Shown here one piece after another: positions 53,628 through 62,770 of a stretch of DNA of 64,000 nt. The translations under genes were made by a program, and so were the position numbers. The first letter of the stretch is position 1. Each line of letters opens with the position of its first letter. The notes under the pieces were generated by a model. The model saw only the letters and a list, made by a program, of their open reading frames with translations, was not told where the DNA came from and ran no database searches. The stretch is taken from positions 3,002-67,001 of the IMG/VR virus record IMGVR_UViG_3300036546_000207; one strand, given 5' to 3'. The DNA comes from a virus (lineage: Duplodnaviria; Caudoviricetes).

Positions 53628-56195
53628 TTACACCTTTGCGAGGCGGCCGCCGAGGCCCGTGTACGAGAACGAAGCAGCGTCGGTGACGTACAGACAGAAG
53701 AGACCAGCGTTGGCCCCGTTGGACCAATTGCCGCCGTGGTAGGCGACCTTGTCCGCACCATTGCTGTAGAAACGGTCCGCATACGTTCCGTTGCTGTCTG
53801 TTGCATCAGTAGTTGCAGGCGCAAAGACCGAGCTCATGTCGTAACCAGCACCGGATTCGGTTTCCATGGTGATGGGGTAACCCGTTGCAGGCACGGTCTT
53901 GTTAGTGGATATGTAGGTCTGATTACCGTTTTCGTCCCAGATTTTGTAGCGGCTATTGGCATCCGTACCGAAGCCGTCGACCATCTGCCACACGTTGCCC
54001 CACAGGCCAACAAAGCCGCGCCATGTAGCCTGTGCAACCGTTGCATCGTCTGTATTAAGTGCCGAGCTACCACTGACATGACCCTGGCCGATCAGGCTTT
54101 GAGAGTCGGAACCTCCCATCTCGATCAGGGCGAGCGTCTGGATCGCGGCCAGTTGGTAGATTGACCACAGCATAAACCCGCTGACGCCGCTCACATTGCG
54201 TGCCGCAGCGCGTGCCTGCATTGTCGGGAAGTCAATACTGACCAAAGGCTTCAATCCTGGCGCAGACCCCAGCTTTGCGCCATCTGCAGTGCCTTGGTAT
54301 TTACCAGCCCAGAACTGTTCTATCTCTACGCCTGCATTCATAAAGGCAGGGTGTAGCGAAAAACCGTCCGCCGGCTGATCCGAGATCATCCAGAACCGTT
54401 TTCCTGTATAAGGGCCGCTAGGCACAAGACCACCCTTATAGTAAAACTTGGGCACCTTATTCATGGCCTGCCCATCGATGGTCTGGCCTATTACACCCGC
54501 GTACACAGGGTGATTGTTGAAAGTTGCGCTGGTCGTGGATAGTGCGTTAAAGCTCTCATCCACGCGCTGCCAGGAGCCTGATCCGCCGCCGGTGCTGACC
54601 TGTACGATGCCAATTATTTGCGCGAACAGCTCCTTGGTGGAGAACGTTATTTCCTGACTCCATTCAGACCATCCAAGCGCCGCCCCAAGGTGTCGAACGC
54701 GGACAACGTATTGCGTCTGCCCAGCCTGCAGTACACCAGCAGGAACGGTGTGCGCAGTCTTATCGGTTACTTCGCCGGAGTCATATTCAGGGGCAGTCCA
54801 TGAGCCGCCTGAAAGTCTGATCTGCCACTGGCTTCCTTGGTGTGTATCTTCACCACCCACGGACGCGAACGCGCCAGACTGCAGTGTTGGCTGCTCAGCA
54901 ATGTCTGTTTGGCCATTTGTTGGGCTGATAACCTGGGGCGTATCCACATAGGCAAAGCTGGCCTTTGTGGTGAAGCTGGTAATCGTGCACCAGTCAGAAA
55001 CAAGCCCTGCTGCGTCTTTAAAGCGAGCGCGCAGATAGTATGTTGTCGCAGCTCCGATAATACCGGCCGGCAGCGAGTACGACATGCCCGGAATATCGCC
55101 AGAGTCATGCAGTACAGAGCTGAACGATGATGCGGCGCTCAGCTGGAATTGCGCGAACGCAAACGCATTGCCTGCAGGGCTGACAAAGTCGGTAACCGTG
55201 AGCGTTGGTCGCTCACTGACATCAACTGCATTGTCGGCAGGACTTGTCACGGAAGGCGCACCAGGTCGCATTTCGGGGTTGATGTAGCCACCCAGATCGG
55301 TGGTACCCCCAAGCGCGGCAATGTGAAGAACTTCGATCGATTCGCCTTCGACCTCCATTCGCAAATACCCATCTCCGCGCATCGGGATAAGGTACTCGTA
55401 GTCAGCAAACCCCTCAGGCACACCTGTCGTCCCGCCACCGGCACGACGCACGGACCAGTATGCCTCTGTCCAATCTTTGCTCGCATCGCGATAGAAAAAA
55501 CGGGCATTGGCCGCATTGAGTGTCCGACGGATAACTACTGCCCGGGAATCATTATCGGTCCCGAGGTTGATGGCACCTGACGCCCAGACACCTCCAGCCT
55601 GAGCAGATACACCACCACCGACACGGCCTGTAAGAGTACTGCCGGTAATAACTGAGCCAGAGCCCCAATTGCGGCCGAGGTTTGATGACAATCGAAGTCG
55701 AGTCATCGACAGAACGTCTTTGACTCGAACCAGTGAAATGTTTTCGCCATCGGACAGGAAGTAATCCTGACCCGGATTTATTCCGGCCGTGCTCTCGATA
55801 TCAAGGGAATCATCGCCCATGACGCCGGATATGATGTTGACGTTGCTCAGGCCCTGGATAGTGTAGCCTTCCGCAAATAGCTCAATGGCGATGCGGCGAC
55901 CACGGTACAGCCAGTCAAGGCCGACCGCCTTCTGAATTGATGCAGGGCTGGCAAGGCTAATCAAATCATCGGAAATGCCACCTACCTGCTGCACGATCTC
56001 AGCAATAGCTTCGCCCAGGCTCGACCTGCCCTGGCGCGCCTCGCTAATTTCGTCTTCTGTGCTGGTGACCCGGGCATCCAGATCGCTGAAGTTTTCATCG
56101 ATCTCACGGTATGTGTTATTCCAAAGCTCAGGTACTGCATCCGGCTCGGTTTCTGGAATTTTCGTAATATCAGGGTGTGGAATACGCGACGCCAT
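53628..56195 (-). CDS. Tail fibre / receptor-binding protein, DGR target with C-terminal C-type-lectin-fold (Mtd-like) domain
   Basis: 855 aa; two FN3/Ig-like repeats (PSVTSP.. / PQVISP..); C-terminal GLWGNVWQMVDG...HGGNWSNG..AGLF..GGRL containing the VR. Confidence 0.9.
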   Translation of the reverse strand: MASRIPHPDITKIPETEPDAVPELWNNTYREIDENFSDLDARVTSTEDEISEARQGRSSLGEAIAEIVQQVGGISDDLISLASPASIQKAVGLDWLYRGRRIAIELFAEGYTIQGLSNVNIISGVMGDDSLDIESTAGINPGQDYFLSDGENISLVRVKDVLSMTRLRLSSNLGRNWGSGSVITGSTLTGRVGGGVSAQAGGVWASGAINLGTDNDSRAVVIRRTLNAANARFFYRDASKDWTEAYWSVRRAGGGTTGVPEGFADYEYLIPMRGDGYLRMEVEGESIEVLHIAALGGTTDLGGYINPEMRPGAPSVTSPADNAVDVSERPTLTVTDFVSPAGNAFAFAQFQLSAASSFSSVLHDSGDIPGMSYSLPAGIIGAATTYYLRARFKDAAGLVSDWCTITSFTTKASFAYVDTPQVISPTNGQTDIAEQPTLQSGAFASVGGEDTHQGSQWQIRLSGGSWTAPEYDSGEVTDKTAHTVPAGVLQAGQTQYVVRVRHLGAALGWSEWSQEITFSTKELFAQIIGIVQVSTGGGSGSWQRVDESFNALSTTSATFNNHPVYAGVIGQTIDGQAMNKVPKFYYKGGLVPSGPYTGKRFWMISDQPADGFSLHPAFMNAGVEIEQFWAGKYQGTADGAKLGSAPGLKPLVSIDFPTMQARAAARNVSGVSGFMLWSIYQLAAIQTLALIEMGGSDSQSLIGQGHVSGSSALNTDDATVAQATWRGFVGLWGNVWQMVDGFGTDANSRYKIWDENGNQTYISTNKTVPATGYPITMETESGAGYDMSSVFAPATTDATDSNGTYADRFYSNGADKVAYHGGNWSNGANAGLFCLYVTDAASFSYTGLGGRLAKV
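53635..53741 (-). repeat. DGR variable repeat (VR)
   Basis: Differs from TR at 13 of 107 positions, 12 of them TR adenines. Confidence 0.95.
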
Positions 56196-56211
56196 GTCGA
56201 ATCCTCTTTAT

Positions 56212-56589
56212 TCAGTAACGAATCTTGATGTTTACTCGAAATGCCTCATCGGCTTCTTTCGGCTTGGCCTTGAAGTGCCTGAACGCAACTACACGCCCCA
56301 GATCGTCAAACACGGCAACCTCGGAGATGTCAGAACCGACCAGTTCATTCTTGTCGAGCGATGCAGTGACGGTTGCGGAATAGTCATCCTCTTGGAATGG
56401 AATAACTTCCTTCCGAAGTAGCTCGTTGATCAGCCCTTCAGCATCTCGGTCAACGGGTACCACCGTGCCATCCGGGTTCGCTGCACCATCACCAAACGCA
56501 ACAAAGCGCAGTGGTCGGACGCTTGTTTCGGCGGTTGCTGTTGCTGCCGCCATGCGTCGGCGATGGCTATTGGCCAGTACACCGCTCAT
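56212..56589 (-). CDS. Tail fibre/baseplate attachment protein (P1 gpR-like)
   Basis: 125 aa; FVAFGDG..ISEVAVFDDLG..VA...F..K.K..; directly upstream of the fibre. Confidence 0.6.
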   Translation of the reverse strand: MSGVLANSHRRRMAAATATAETSVRPLRFVAFGDGAANPDGTVVPVDRDAEGLINELLRKEVIPFQEDDYSATVTASLDKNELVGSDISEVAVFDDLGRVVAFRHFKAKPKEADEAFRVNIKIRY

Positions 56590-57857
56590 GTAGTAAACCC
56601 TCGCTTATTTGAAATCGTGATAACGGGCGATATGACACCCGACAGGCGCCACGCTCCATCAACCTTCAGGCGCGCTACTCCCTGAGGAATGTAGGAGCGC
56701 TGATTGGACTGAATCTTAAACCGCCCAATCTTTGGTGTTGCGTACATTTTCCGGGTTGGCATTCTGCGCCCATCAAGCAAGAACGAACCCAGGCGCAACG
56801 CTCCCCCTACGCGCCAGTCGCCGTTTACCTGGCGATACACGACAGCCAGACGAACGGGGGCCTTCGTGAACACGGGTTCTGGAGTTGGCGGCAAGGTTTC
56901 GGTCTGCCAGAAGCCAGTATCAATATCGACATCGGTCTGCATGTCGGTGACGACCACTCGACTTCCGACCTGCCAATACGCCTCGCCGCCGGCAGCATGT
57001 CCAATCCTGAATGAGCCAAACGCAGCCGACAGTGTTGGGTAGCTGTCATCCCGACCCATTTTGATAGTTCGCTCATCATCAGAAGTGATGAGCTTTCGAT
57101 CCCACGGGTAGCGGGCCTCAATAGACTTTTCGGTTTCTATCCCGGCATCAGCCTGAATCAAAACCAAAACAAGGACGGCCAGCCACATCACAATATCGGG
57201 TGACAGCCGGGCCGGTATGATCGACTGAAAAATCGGCAGGAGACTGGCAATAGACGGCGGTACTGACCCGATGTCTGCTGAAATCTCAATTCGGCTGGTT
57301 AGCCACAGGCCATCGGTGCCGCGGTCGGAGCTGCTTTTTCGCTCCTCAAGCTCTGCAGGATCTGAAATCCACCGCCCAATCCCCCAGTTACCGCTGAGTG
57401 TCAGCTCCGGCTCGCCGATTTGGTGCAACCACCAGGAGGTCTGATTGGTTGCTCCTCCCGTGAGCGCCGTAGGGTACGGTTTAGATTTATCGTGCCAAAG
57501 CTGTGTGACCTGAAACATGCCGGGCGCAAGCAGCTCCAAGTACGTGCGCAGAAAATGGAGTCCACGCTTCTGCACATCGCCAGACTTCCATGCGCGATAC
57601 AGGTAGCGTGTTGCCGCCTCTTCCCGCTCACCTGGCAGCAAAACCAGACCGTCATGGTTGACCATGCGGCGCACCAAATCGAACGAACCCAGATGCGCAG
57701 CGCCCAATACGTTGGCGTCGAATGAGTCTTGGCCCAGCGCTTCGAACAGATCAAGGAACACCTGCTTAAGCTCATGCTCAATATCGCCGACGGTGTGACT
57801 GTTGCGAAGAGGTGAGGCTGCCGGCACCTGAGATGCCTTGAAATCAAACTGACTCAC
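56586..57857 (-). CDS. Baseplate protein (P1 gp16-like)
   Basis: RGLHFLRTYL..L.P motif; synteny bplA-16-R-S. Confidence 0.6.
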   Translation of the reverse strand: MSQFDFKASQVPAASPLRNSHTVGDIEHELKQVFLDLFEALGQDSFDANVLGAAHLGSFDLVRRMVNHDGLVLLPGEREEAATRYLYRAWKSGDVQKRGLHFLRTYLELLAPGMFQVTQLWHDKSKPYPTALTGGATNQTSWWLHQIGEPELTLSGNWGIGRWISDPAELEERKSSSDRGTDGLWLTSRIEISADIGSVPPSIASLLPIFQSIIPARLSPDIVMWLAVLVLVLIQADAGIETEKSIEARYPWDRKLITSDDERTIKMGRDDSYPTLSAAFGSFRIGHAAGGEAYWQVGSRVVVTDMQTDVDIDTGFWQTETLPPTPEPVFTKAPVRLAVVYRQVNGDWRVGGALRLGSFLLDGRRMPTRKMYATPKIGRFKIQSNQRSYIPQGVARLKVDGAWRLSGVISPVITISNKRGFTT

Positions 57858-59353
57858 AGCCCAGCTCCCCAGTAAGGCGTGAGCACGTTGCCTGATGTTA
57901 CAGAGACTTCCAGCGACGAATCAGACACATAACGCCACAACTCTGGCCGCGAGTCGGCCAGCGCTGATTCCTCAATTACTACGCGCAAATCAGCCCGTCC
58001 TACGCTCAGAGCGGGCACTTTGCCGCGAATGATCTGGTAAATCTGCTGATACAATGGCGTTGAGTGGCCGCGGCGGGACTGGGCTGCAGCTTCACCGAAT
58101 TGCTCCAGAATTGCCGTCCTGATCTGACTGGCTACCACGCTTTCATCGTATGAGGATGCAACAGTAGCGGTCACCTGTACCGGAATTTCGCGCCTAATTG
58201 CTGAATAGAACCGCACACGATAGCTGTCATCAGCTGCTTCGATCTTTGCTTTAATCTGCTGCATAGTGGCGGTCAACTCGGTAAATTCGACGGGTGCGAC
58301 CGGGCCCGTTTCGACTGTCTCATTAAGCACGGTCTCGGCACCGGCTTCAGACAGGCAGGCCACAAACAGCGCATTGATGTTGTCCAGATGCATGCCGCGC
58401 ACGGACTCTTCAACCTGCTCATTCCAGACAGACAGGAAACGCAAGGACGGGAAGTGGCGACGCACCAGGAAGTCGAATTCCCCCAGGAATACGGCGTTGT
58501 GATTGTAGACGGAGGGGTAGCGGGCCAGTTCGCGCAATGTCTGCATGGTCGGCGGGTTCTGACCAGCCGCTAGCAGCGTTGTGATCTTCATTTCGATCTG
58601 CGACTCAACCGGTGCCTGTATAGTCTCAAACACAAGCTGCTCACCGGCCGAAAAATCCACTGCGCCCATGGAGTAGAACCCCGTCAGCGTGATATCAGCC
58701 CCATCGATCGGCTGAGTGCCCACCACGCCTTCTTGACCAAAGCGCACATACACGCGGCGGCGCTCGTCCACTTCCAAGTGGTAGACCTTTTCACCTGCTG
58801 TCGTATTGACGTAGCGTTCCCGGTACTCATAAGCGCCGCTGCTGTCGCGCACGGACAGTCCGCACAGGTGCGAGTCATCATCCGCCAGTGCAACCGGTAT
58901 CTCATAGAATGGCCGCGATCCTGCTACCGTGTGCACTTGCTCCTTGGCATACAGCTGCACGGCCACGAAGGTGCCGGTACCGCCTGCCTCGACGATAACT
59001 GAGGTATCAGCTCGATACAGGCGCCCCTGAGAGTCCATCAGGCTGCGACCCTGGGCCACCTCGACGATGGTGGTGCTGGCATTGTGAACTTGAACTTCCA
59101 CGCTGGCCGGAACGGCTTTCGGTATCAGGCCGCGCATGGCCGCATCCGCCATGACCGTGCTGTCACGGGATTTTTCGAACGGCTCAGCCTGTGCAACCTC
59201 CAGCTGGGCGGAATACATCTCCAGCATGGTCGCCATCGCCTCAATCTGCTGCATGACGCGCGGATCACCCGCCTTTACCAGCGTCGCGACAGACGGGTAC
59301 TTGGCAATACTGGCCTCGATGGCCTTTTGGACAAACTCTTCGCGGGTAAACAT
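57854..59353 (-). CDS. Baseplate wedge protein (P1 BplA / gpJ-like)
   Basis: 499 aa; RD STV.ADA..G..P, V.FG....G..P; synteny. Confidence 0.7.
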   Translation of the reverse strand: MFTREEFVQKAIEASIAKYPSVATLVKAGDPRVMQQIEAMATMLEMYSAQLEVAQAEPFEKSRDSTVMADAAMRGLIPKAVPASVEVQVHNASTTIVEVAQGRSLMDSQGRLYRADTSVIVEAGGTGTFVAVQLYAKEQVHTVAGSRPFYEIPVALADDDSHLCGLSVRDSSGAYEYRERYVNTTAGEKVYHLEVDERRRVYVRFGQEGVVGTQPIDGADITLTGFYSMGAVDFSAGEQLVFETIQAPVESQIEMKITTLLAAGQNPPTMQTLRELARYPSVYNHNAVFLGEFDFLVRRHFPSLRFLSVWNEQVEESVRGMHLDNINALFVACLSEAGAETVLNETVETGPVAPVEFTELTATMQQIKAKIEAADDSYRVRFYSAIRREIPVQVTATVASSYDESVVASQIRTAILEQFGEAAAQSRRGHSTPLYQQIYQIIRGKVPALSVGRADLRVVIEESALADSRPELWRYVSDSSLEVSVTSGNVLTPYWGAGL

Positions 59354-59646
59354 CAGGCGATCTCGCTCAAGTTAAAGGTGCGGCCAGACACTTCCAGCAC
59401 GATCTGGTAGCGGTCGATTCCGTCCGGTGTGCCATACAGGTTGATTTGATCCGGTGGTAGCGAGGTCAACAGCACCAGGTCTTCCTTCAGCTTGCGCAAC
59501 AAGGCATTCGCCTCGCGATCCGAGTGCGGCTTCTGCAACAACGCCTTGATATCCTGGCCGTAGCCACTACCCAGGTAGCCGTGCACCGGCGTATTCAGCC
59601 AGTGCTCTACCATTGCTTCGAGTTCGGTGCCGGTGATTTTGATCAT
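59353..59646 (-). CDS. Baseplate protein (P1 PmgA / gp25-like)
   Basis: HWLNTPV.GYLGSGYG; between the tape measure and BplA. Confidence 0.6.
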   Translation of the reverse strand: MIKITGTELEAMVEHWLNTPVHGYLGSGYGQDIKALLQKPHSDREANALLRKLKEDLVLLTSLPPDQINLYGTPDGIDRYQIVLEVSGRTFNLSEIA

Positions 59647-59652
59647 GAGGGT

Positions 59653-59693
59653 ATGCTATCCATTCAAAAGGGGTGGACGGGGGCGGCTTTTCC
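59653..59693 (-). promoter_or_regulatory. Putative late promoter (GGAAA-N30-TAGCAT) of the baseplate-fibre-DGR operon
   Basis: Shared motif and spacing. Confidence 0.6.
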
Positions 59694-59694
59694 G

Positions 59695-62600
59695 CTACCC
59701 CATGCCGCTGTAAGCGCCGGTGACAATGTGTGCAATGCGACCATCGGAGATATTGCGACCCACGTCGCTAGGCTCGCGACTGCGATCTTCACCCTTTGAT
59801 TTGGCGCTATCGCCCATTGGCGCTGAAACGCTTGGTGCATCAGCAATCGCCACTGGAGGCACTGCAGCCGCTTTGATCGGCCGTGGTGCGGCGCTGGCCA
59901 CTACAACCGAAGAGTTGGAGCTGCGCAGGTTCTCATCTGTTATGCCTGATGCCTCACGCTCTCGCTGGATGCGCGCAAGCGTCTGCTCGCGCTCATAGGC
60001 GATCATCTCGGCCTGAGTGTTGAAGTATTTGACGTTGGGACCGCCGCCGTTAACGATCTGATCTTGCCGGGCAAGCGCTTCATCAATCTCACGCTGATCC
60101 TGCTCTGCTTGAAAATCACGAGGCTTTTCGGCAGCCTGAGGCGCAGCCGCTACAGCAACAGACGGCGTAGCATTCAGCTCACCGCCGTGGGCTTCTGGTA
60201 GGTACTCTCGCGTCAGCGCAATGCGATCCGCAAGGCCATTGGTACCGCCGTTGATCTTGCGGGTGACCGCCTCGACATCGCCGGACTTGGCAGCATCACT
60301 CAGGCCGGGGCGGCTCTTCCAGTACCAGGTCGCGATCTTTGCAGCCACTTCGGGGTCAGCCGCCATATCGGGGTTGTTGACCAGATCCAAGCCCAGCGCT
60401 TCGCCTGCAGCTGCATAGTTGGCACGGCCTGTCAGCTGGGTGTAGCCACGGCCTCGGAAGTTATAGCCGTCGCCCTCTTCGGTGTTGCCAAGGTTTTTGC
60501 GGCCCCACTCACCGCCATACATGGCTTCACCCATGGCCCCCTTGCCTTGCGCAATAATGGCCTTGGCTTCATCCACGGTGCTGATGCCGGCTCGCTTGCC
60601 AAACAGCTTGAGGAACTGCTCAGGCTTGTAATTCAGGTTCTCCTCAACCTGGGTGAAGCCTGCAGACTCATGGTGCATCTGTGCCATGAATTGCGCCTGC
60701 TCCATCGGGTCTGTGATCCCGGAGTTCGCCATCTCTTGACGCAGTGCCTGCTTGCCTACCGCATAGTTCGAGCTTTTACGCGAGGCCTCAACAAGGCCCT
60801 TGGCTCCAGTAGCCTCGTAGACGCTGGAACCCGCCTTTTTGGCCCAACCCCACAGCGACTCACCCACGCCAATGATCTTGTCCTTGGCACCTTCAACCAC
60901 CTCCCCTGCTTTCTCTTTGGCTGCAGAGTAGGTTTCGCTGACCACCTGACCAGCGGTTGAGACGGTTTCGGCAATGTCGATGCCAGTCTTTTCCTTGACG
61001 TACTCATTGGCCTGGCTGGCAACATCCTTGATGGAGCCCCACCACTTTTCAGCAAGGCCGGTCACCTTGTCCCAGGCTTCACCCATGCCTGCAACGGCGG
61101 TAGACCACTTCTCAGAAATACCGTCTGCAATGGTGTTCCACTTGTCCGTGAACGCGGTTGATATGCCATCCCAAGTGGTTGAGAGCGTGCCTGTTACTGT
61201 TGACCAGGTCTCGCTGACTTTTGTGGTAGTGCTGTTCCAGGCATCCGATACCGTCGTGGTTACCGAACTCCACGCGTTCGATACCGTGCTGGTAACAGTG
61301 TTCCACTTCTCCGATACCGCGTTGCTGGCCTGGCCCCACAGGTGCGAGGCAAAGTCTGTTGTCTGATTCCATGCGGATACGATTGAACTGCCGATCTTGG
61401 AATCGCGCAGATCACCAACCCATTCACCGACCTTTTCACCGATCACGTCGCCAGCCGAATCACCCAGCCAGCCGCCTACGGCTGCGCCCACAATGCCGCC
61501 AATGGCCGTGCCAATGACCGGTACCACAGACCCGAGCGCCGCGCCGGCAGCCGCACCGGCCGCCATGCCGCCAATACCGCCAACACCGCGACCAACTGCA
61601 GAGCCCGTCGCCTTGTCTTTCTCCTTGCGCGTCATGTCGCTGGTTTCGGAGGCGTGAACATCGTTCGCCATCAGCCCGAGACTGAGCAACGTTCCCAGGA
61701 TGGGAACCCTCTTGCCCAGCTTGGACGCGCCACGCAGCGCCTTGCCGCCACCGGTCTTGAGCATGCCGCGAATGCCGCCCCTGGCTGCACCTGAACCCGC
61801 TCTGGTTCCCGCCTTCGCCGCGCTTGCCGCCTTGGCACCACCTGCAGCCGCCGCTGCCTTAGACGCCTTACTGCCACCCGCAGCCGCACCTGCCAGCCTG
61901 GTTGCAAGCCCTTTGGCGCCAAGCGCCTTCGCAATTTTCGCCAGCAACCCAAGCGGGACCAACGCCTTCAAAATCCCGGCAAGGAAGGTCAGAATTGGTG
62001 CGAACAGTCCGCCCAGCGCCCCGAGCAGGCCGCCCTTTTTGCCGCCTTGGGCATCCTCGATATCATCCAGCTGATCGACAATCTCGGTATGCTGCTTGTT
62101 GTCGCGCTTGCGTCCTTGGCGCATCTGTCTCCAGAAGCGTCGATACCACCGATCTTGACCCGCATCGCCACCGCCAAAGATCTTGCCAAACCCGCGCTGC
62201 AGAGGCTGTGCCACCTCATTGAACGCCTTTACTGCAGGGTCCGACTCTTCGTTTACGGCCATCTCGCTAACCGCCCCGGTCAGACGGTCGCCCAGGTCGC
62301 TGATAGCGCCGCTCAATGCACCGCCTTCGCTACCACCCTCATCATCAGGCGTTTTGGCTCCGACGAACCGGCCAGAGGCATCCCGCTGGGCACTCGATTT
62401 GCTGGAATCGGGAATAGTTGAAGGCCGAGCTGCTGTCTGATCGCTAGCCGCTGGCTTGGCATCGGTAGACGCTACTGGCCCCGCGCCACCACCACTATCA
62501 ATCGCCCTGGCTCCGGATAATCGTCCCGAATCAATAACTGTCGGCTCAACCACGGTCCGGCTGGGTGCGGAGTCATTTGCAGCTGAGCGGCCGCTACTTG

Positions 62601-62769
62601 CATTAGGAACGCTACCGTTTCTCGATTTCGTTACCGGCGTGCTGACCGCGCCGATCGCGCGTGAAATAGCCTTCAGCTCGTCCAGAATATCGCCAAGGTA
62701 TCCATGCAGATCATCCTGCTGGACGCGCTGACCGGTCAGAAAGCCCTGTTCATCGTATTGCAGTGCCAT
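59695..62769 (-). CDS. Tape measure protein with GH19 (chitinase/lysozyme-like) muralytic domain
   Basis: Gly/Ala-rich TM region, 11-residue Trp-periodic repeats, then FMAQMHHESAGF..EGDGYNFRGRGYTQLTGR.NY..TRKINGGTNGLADR. Confidence 0.85.
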   Translation of the reverse strand: MALQYDEQGFLTGQRVQQDDLHGYLGDILDELKAISRAIGAVSTPVTKSRNGSVPNASSGRSAANDSAPSRTVVEPTVIDSGRLSGARAIDSGGGAGPVASTDAKPAASDQTAARPSTIPDSSKSSAQRDASGRFVGAKTPDDEGGSEGGALSGAISDLGDRLTGAVSEMAVNEESDPAVKAFNEVAQPLQRGFGKIFGGGDAGQDRWYRRFWRQMRQGRKRDNKQHTEIVDQLDDIEDAQGGKKGGLLGALGGLFAPILTFLAGILKALVPLGLLAKIAKALGAKGLATRLAGAAAGGSKASKAAAAAGGAKAASAAKAGTRAGSGAARGGIRGMLKTGGGKALRGASKLGKRVPILGTLLSLGLMANDVHASETSDMTRKEKDKATGSAVGRGVGGIGGMAAGAAAGAALGSVVPVIGTAIGGIVGAAVGGWLGDSAGDVIGEKVGEWVGDLRDSKIGSSIVSAWNQTTDFASHLWGQASNAVSEKWNTVTSTVSNAWSSVTTTVSDAWNSTTTKVSETWSTVTGTLSTTWDGISTAFTDKWNTIADGISEKWSTAVAGMGEAWDKVTGLAEKWWGSIKDVASQANEYVKEKTGIDIAETVSTAGQVVSETYSAAKEKAGEVVEGAKDKIIGVGESLWGWAKKAGSSVYEATGAKGLVEASRKSSNYAVGKQALRQEMANSGITDPMEQAQFMAQMHHESAGFTQVEENLNYKPEQFLKLFGKRAGISTVDEAKAIIAQGKGAMGEAMYGGEWGRKNLGNTEEGDGYNFRGRGYTQLTGRANYAAAGEALGLDLVNNPDMAADPEVAAKIATWYWKSRPGLSDAAKSGDVEAVTRKINGGTNGLADRIALTREYLPEAHGGELNATPSVAVAAAPQAAEKPRDFQAEQDQREIDEALARQDQIVNGGGPNVKYFNTQAEMIAYEREQTLARIQREREASGITDENLRSSNSSVVVASAAPRPIKAAAVPPVAIADAPSVSAPMGDSAKSKGEDRSREPSDVGRNISDGRIAHIVTGAYSGMG
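61050..61375 (-). repeat. Approximately 33-bp degenerate coding repeats in the tape measure (W every 11 aa)
   Basis: KWNTVTSTVSNAWSSVTTTVSDAWNSTTTKVSETWSTVTGTLSTTW... Confidence 0.75.
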
Positions 62770-62770
62770 A

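Larger units (their letters stand above)
50982..56195 (-). mobile_element. Diversity-generating retroelement (target-VR-hairpin ... avd-TR-RT)
   Basis: All canonical parts are present, with adenine-specific TR/VR mismatches. Confidence 0.95.
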
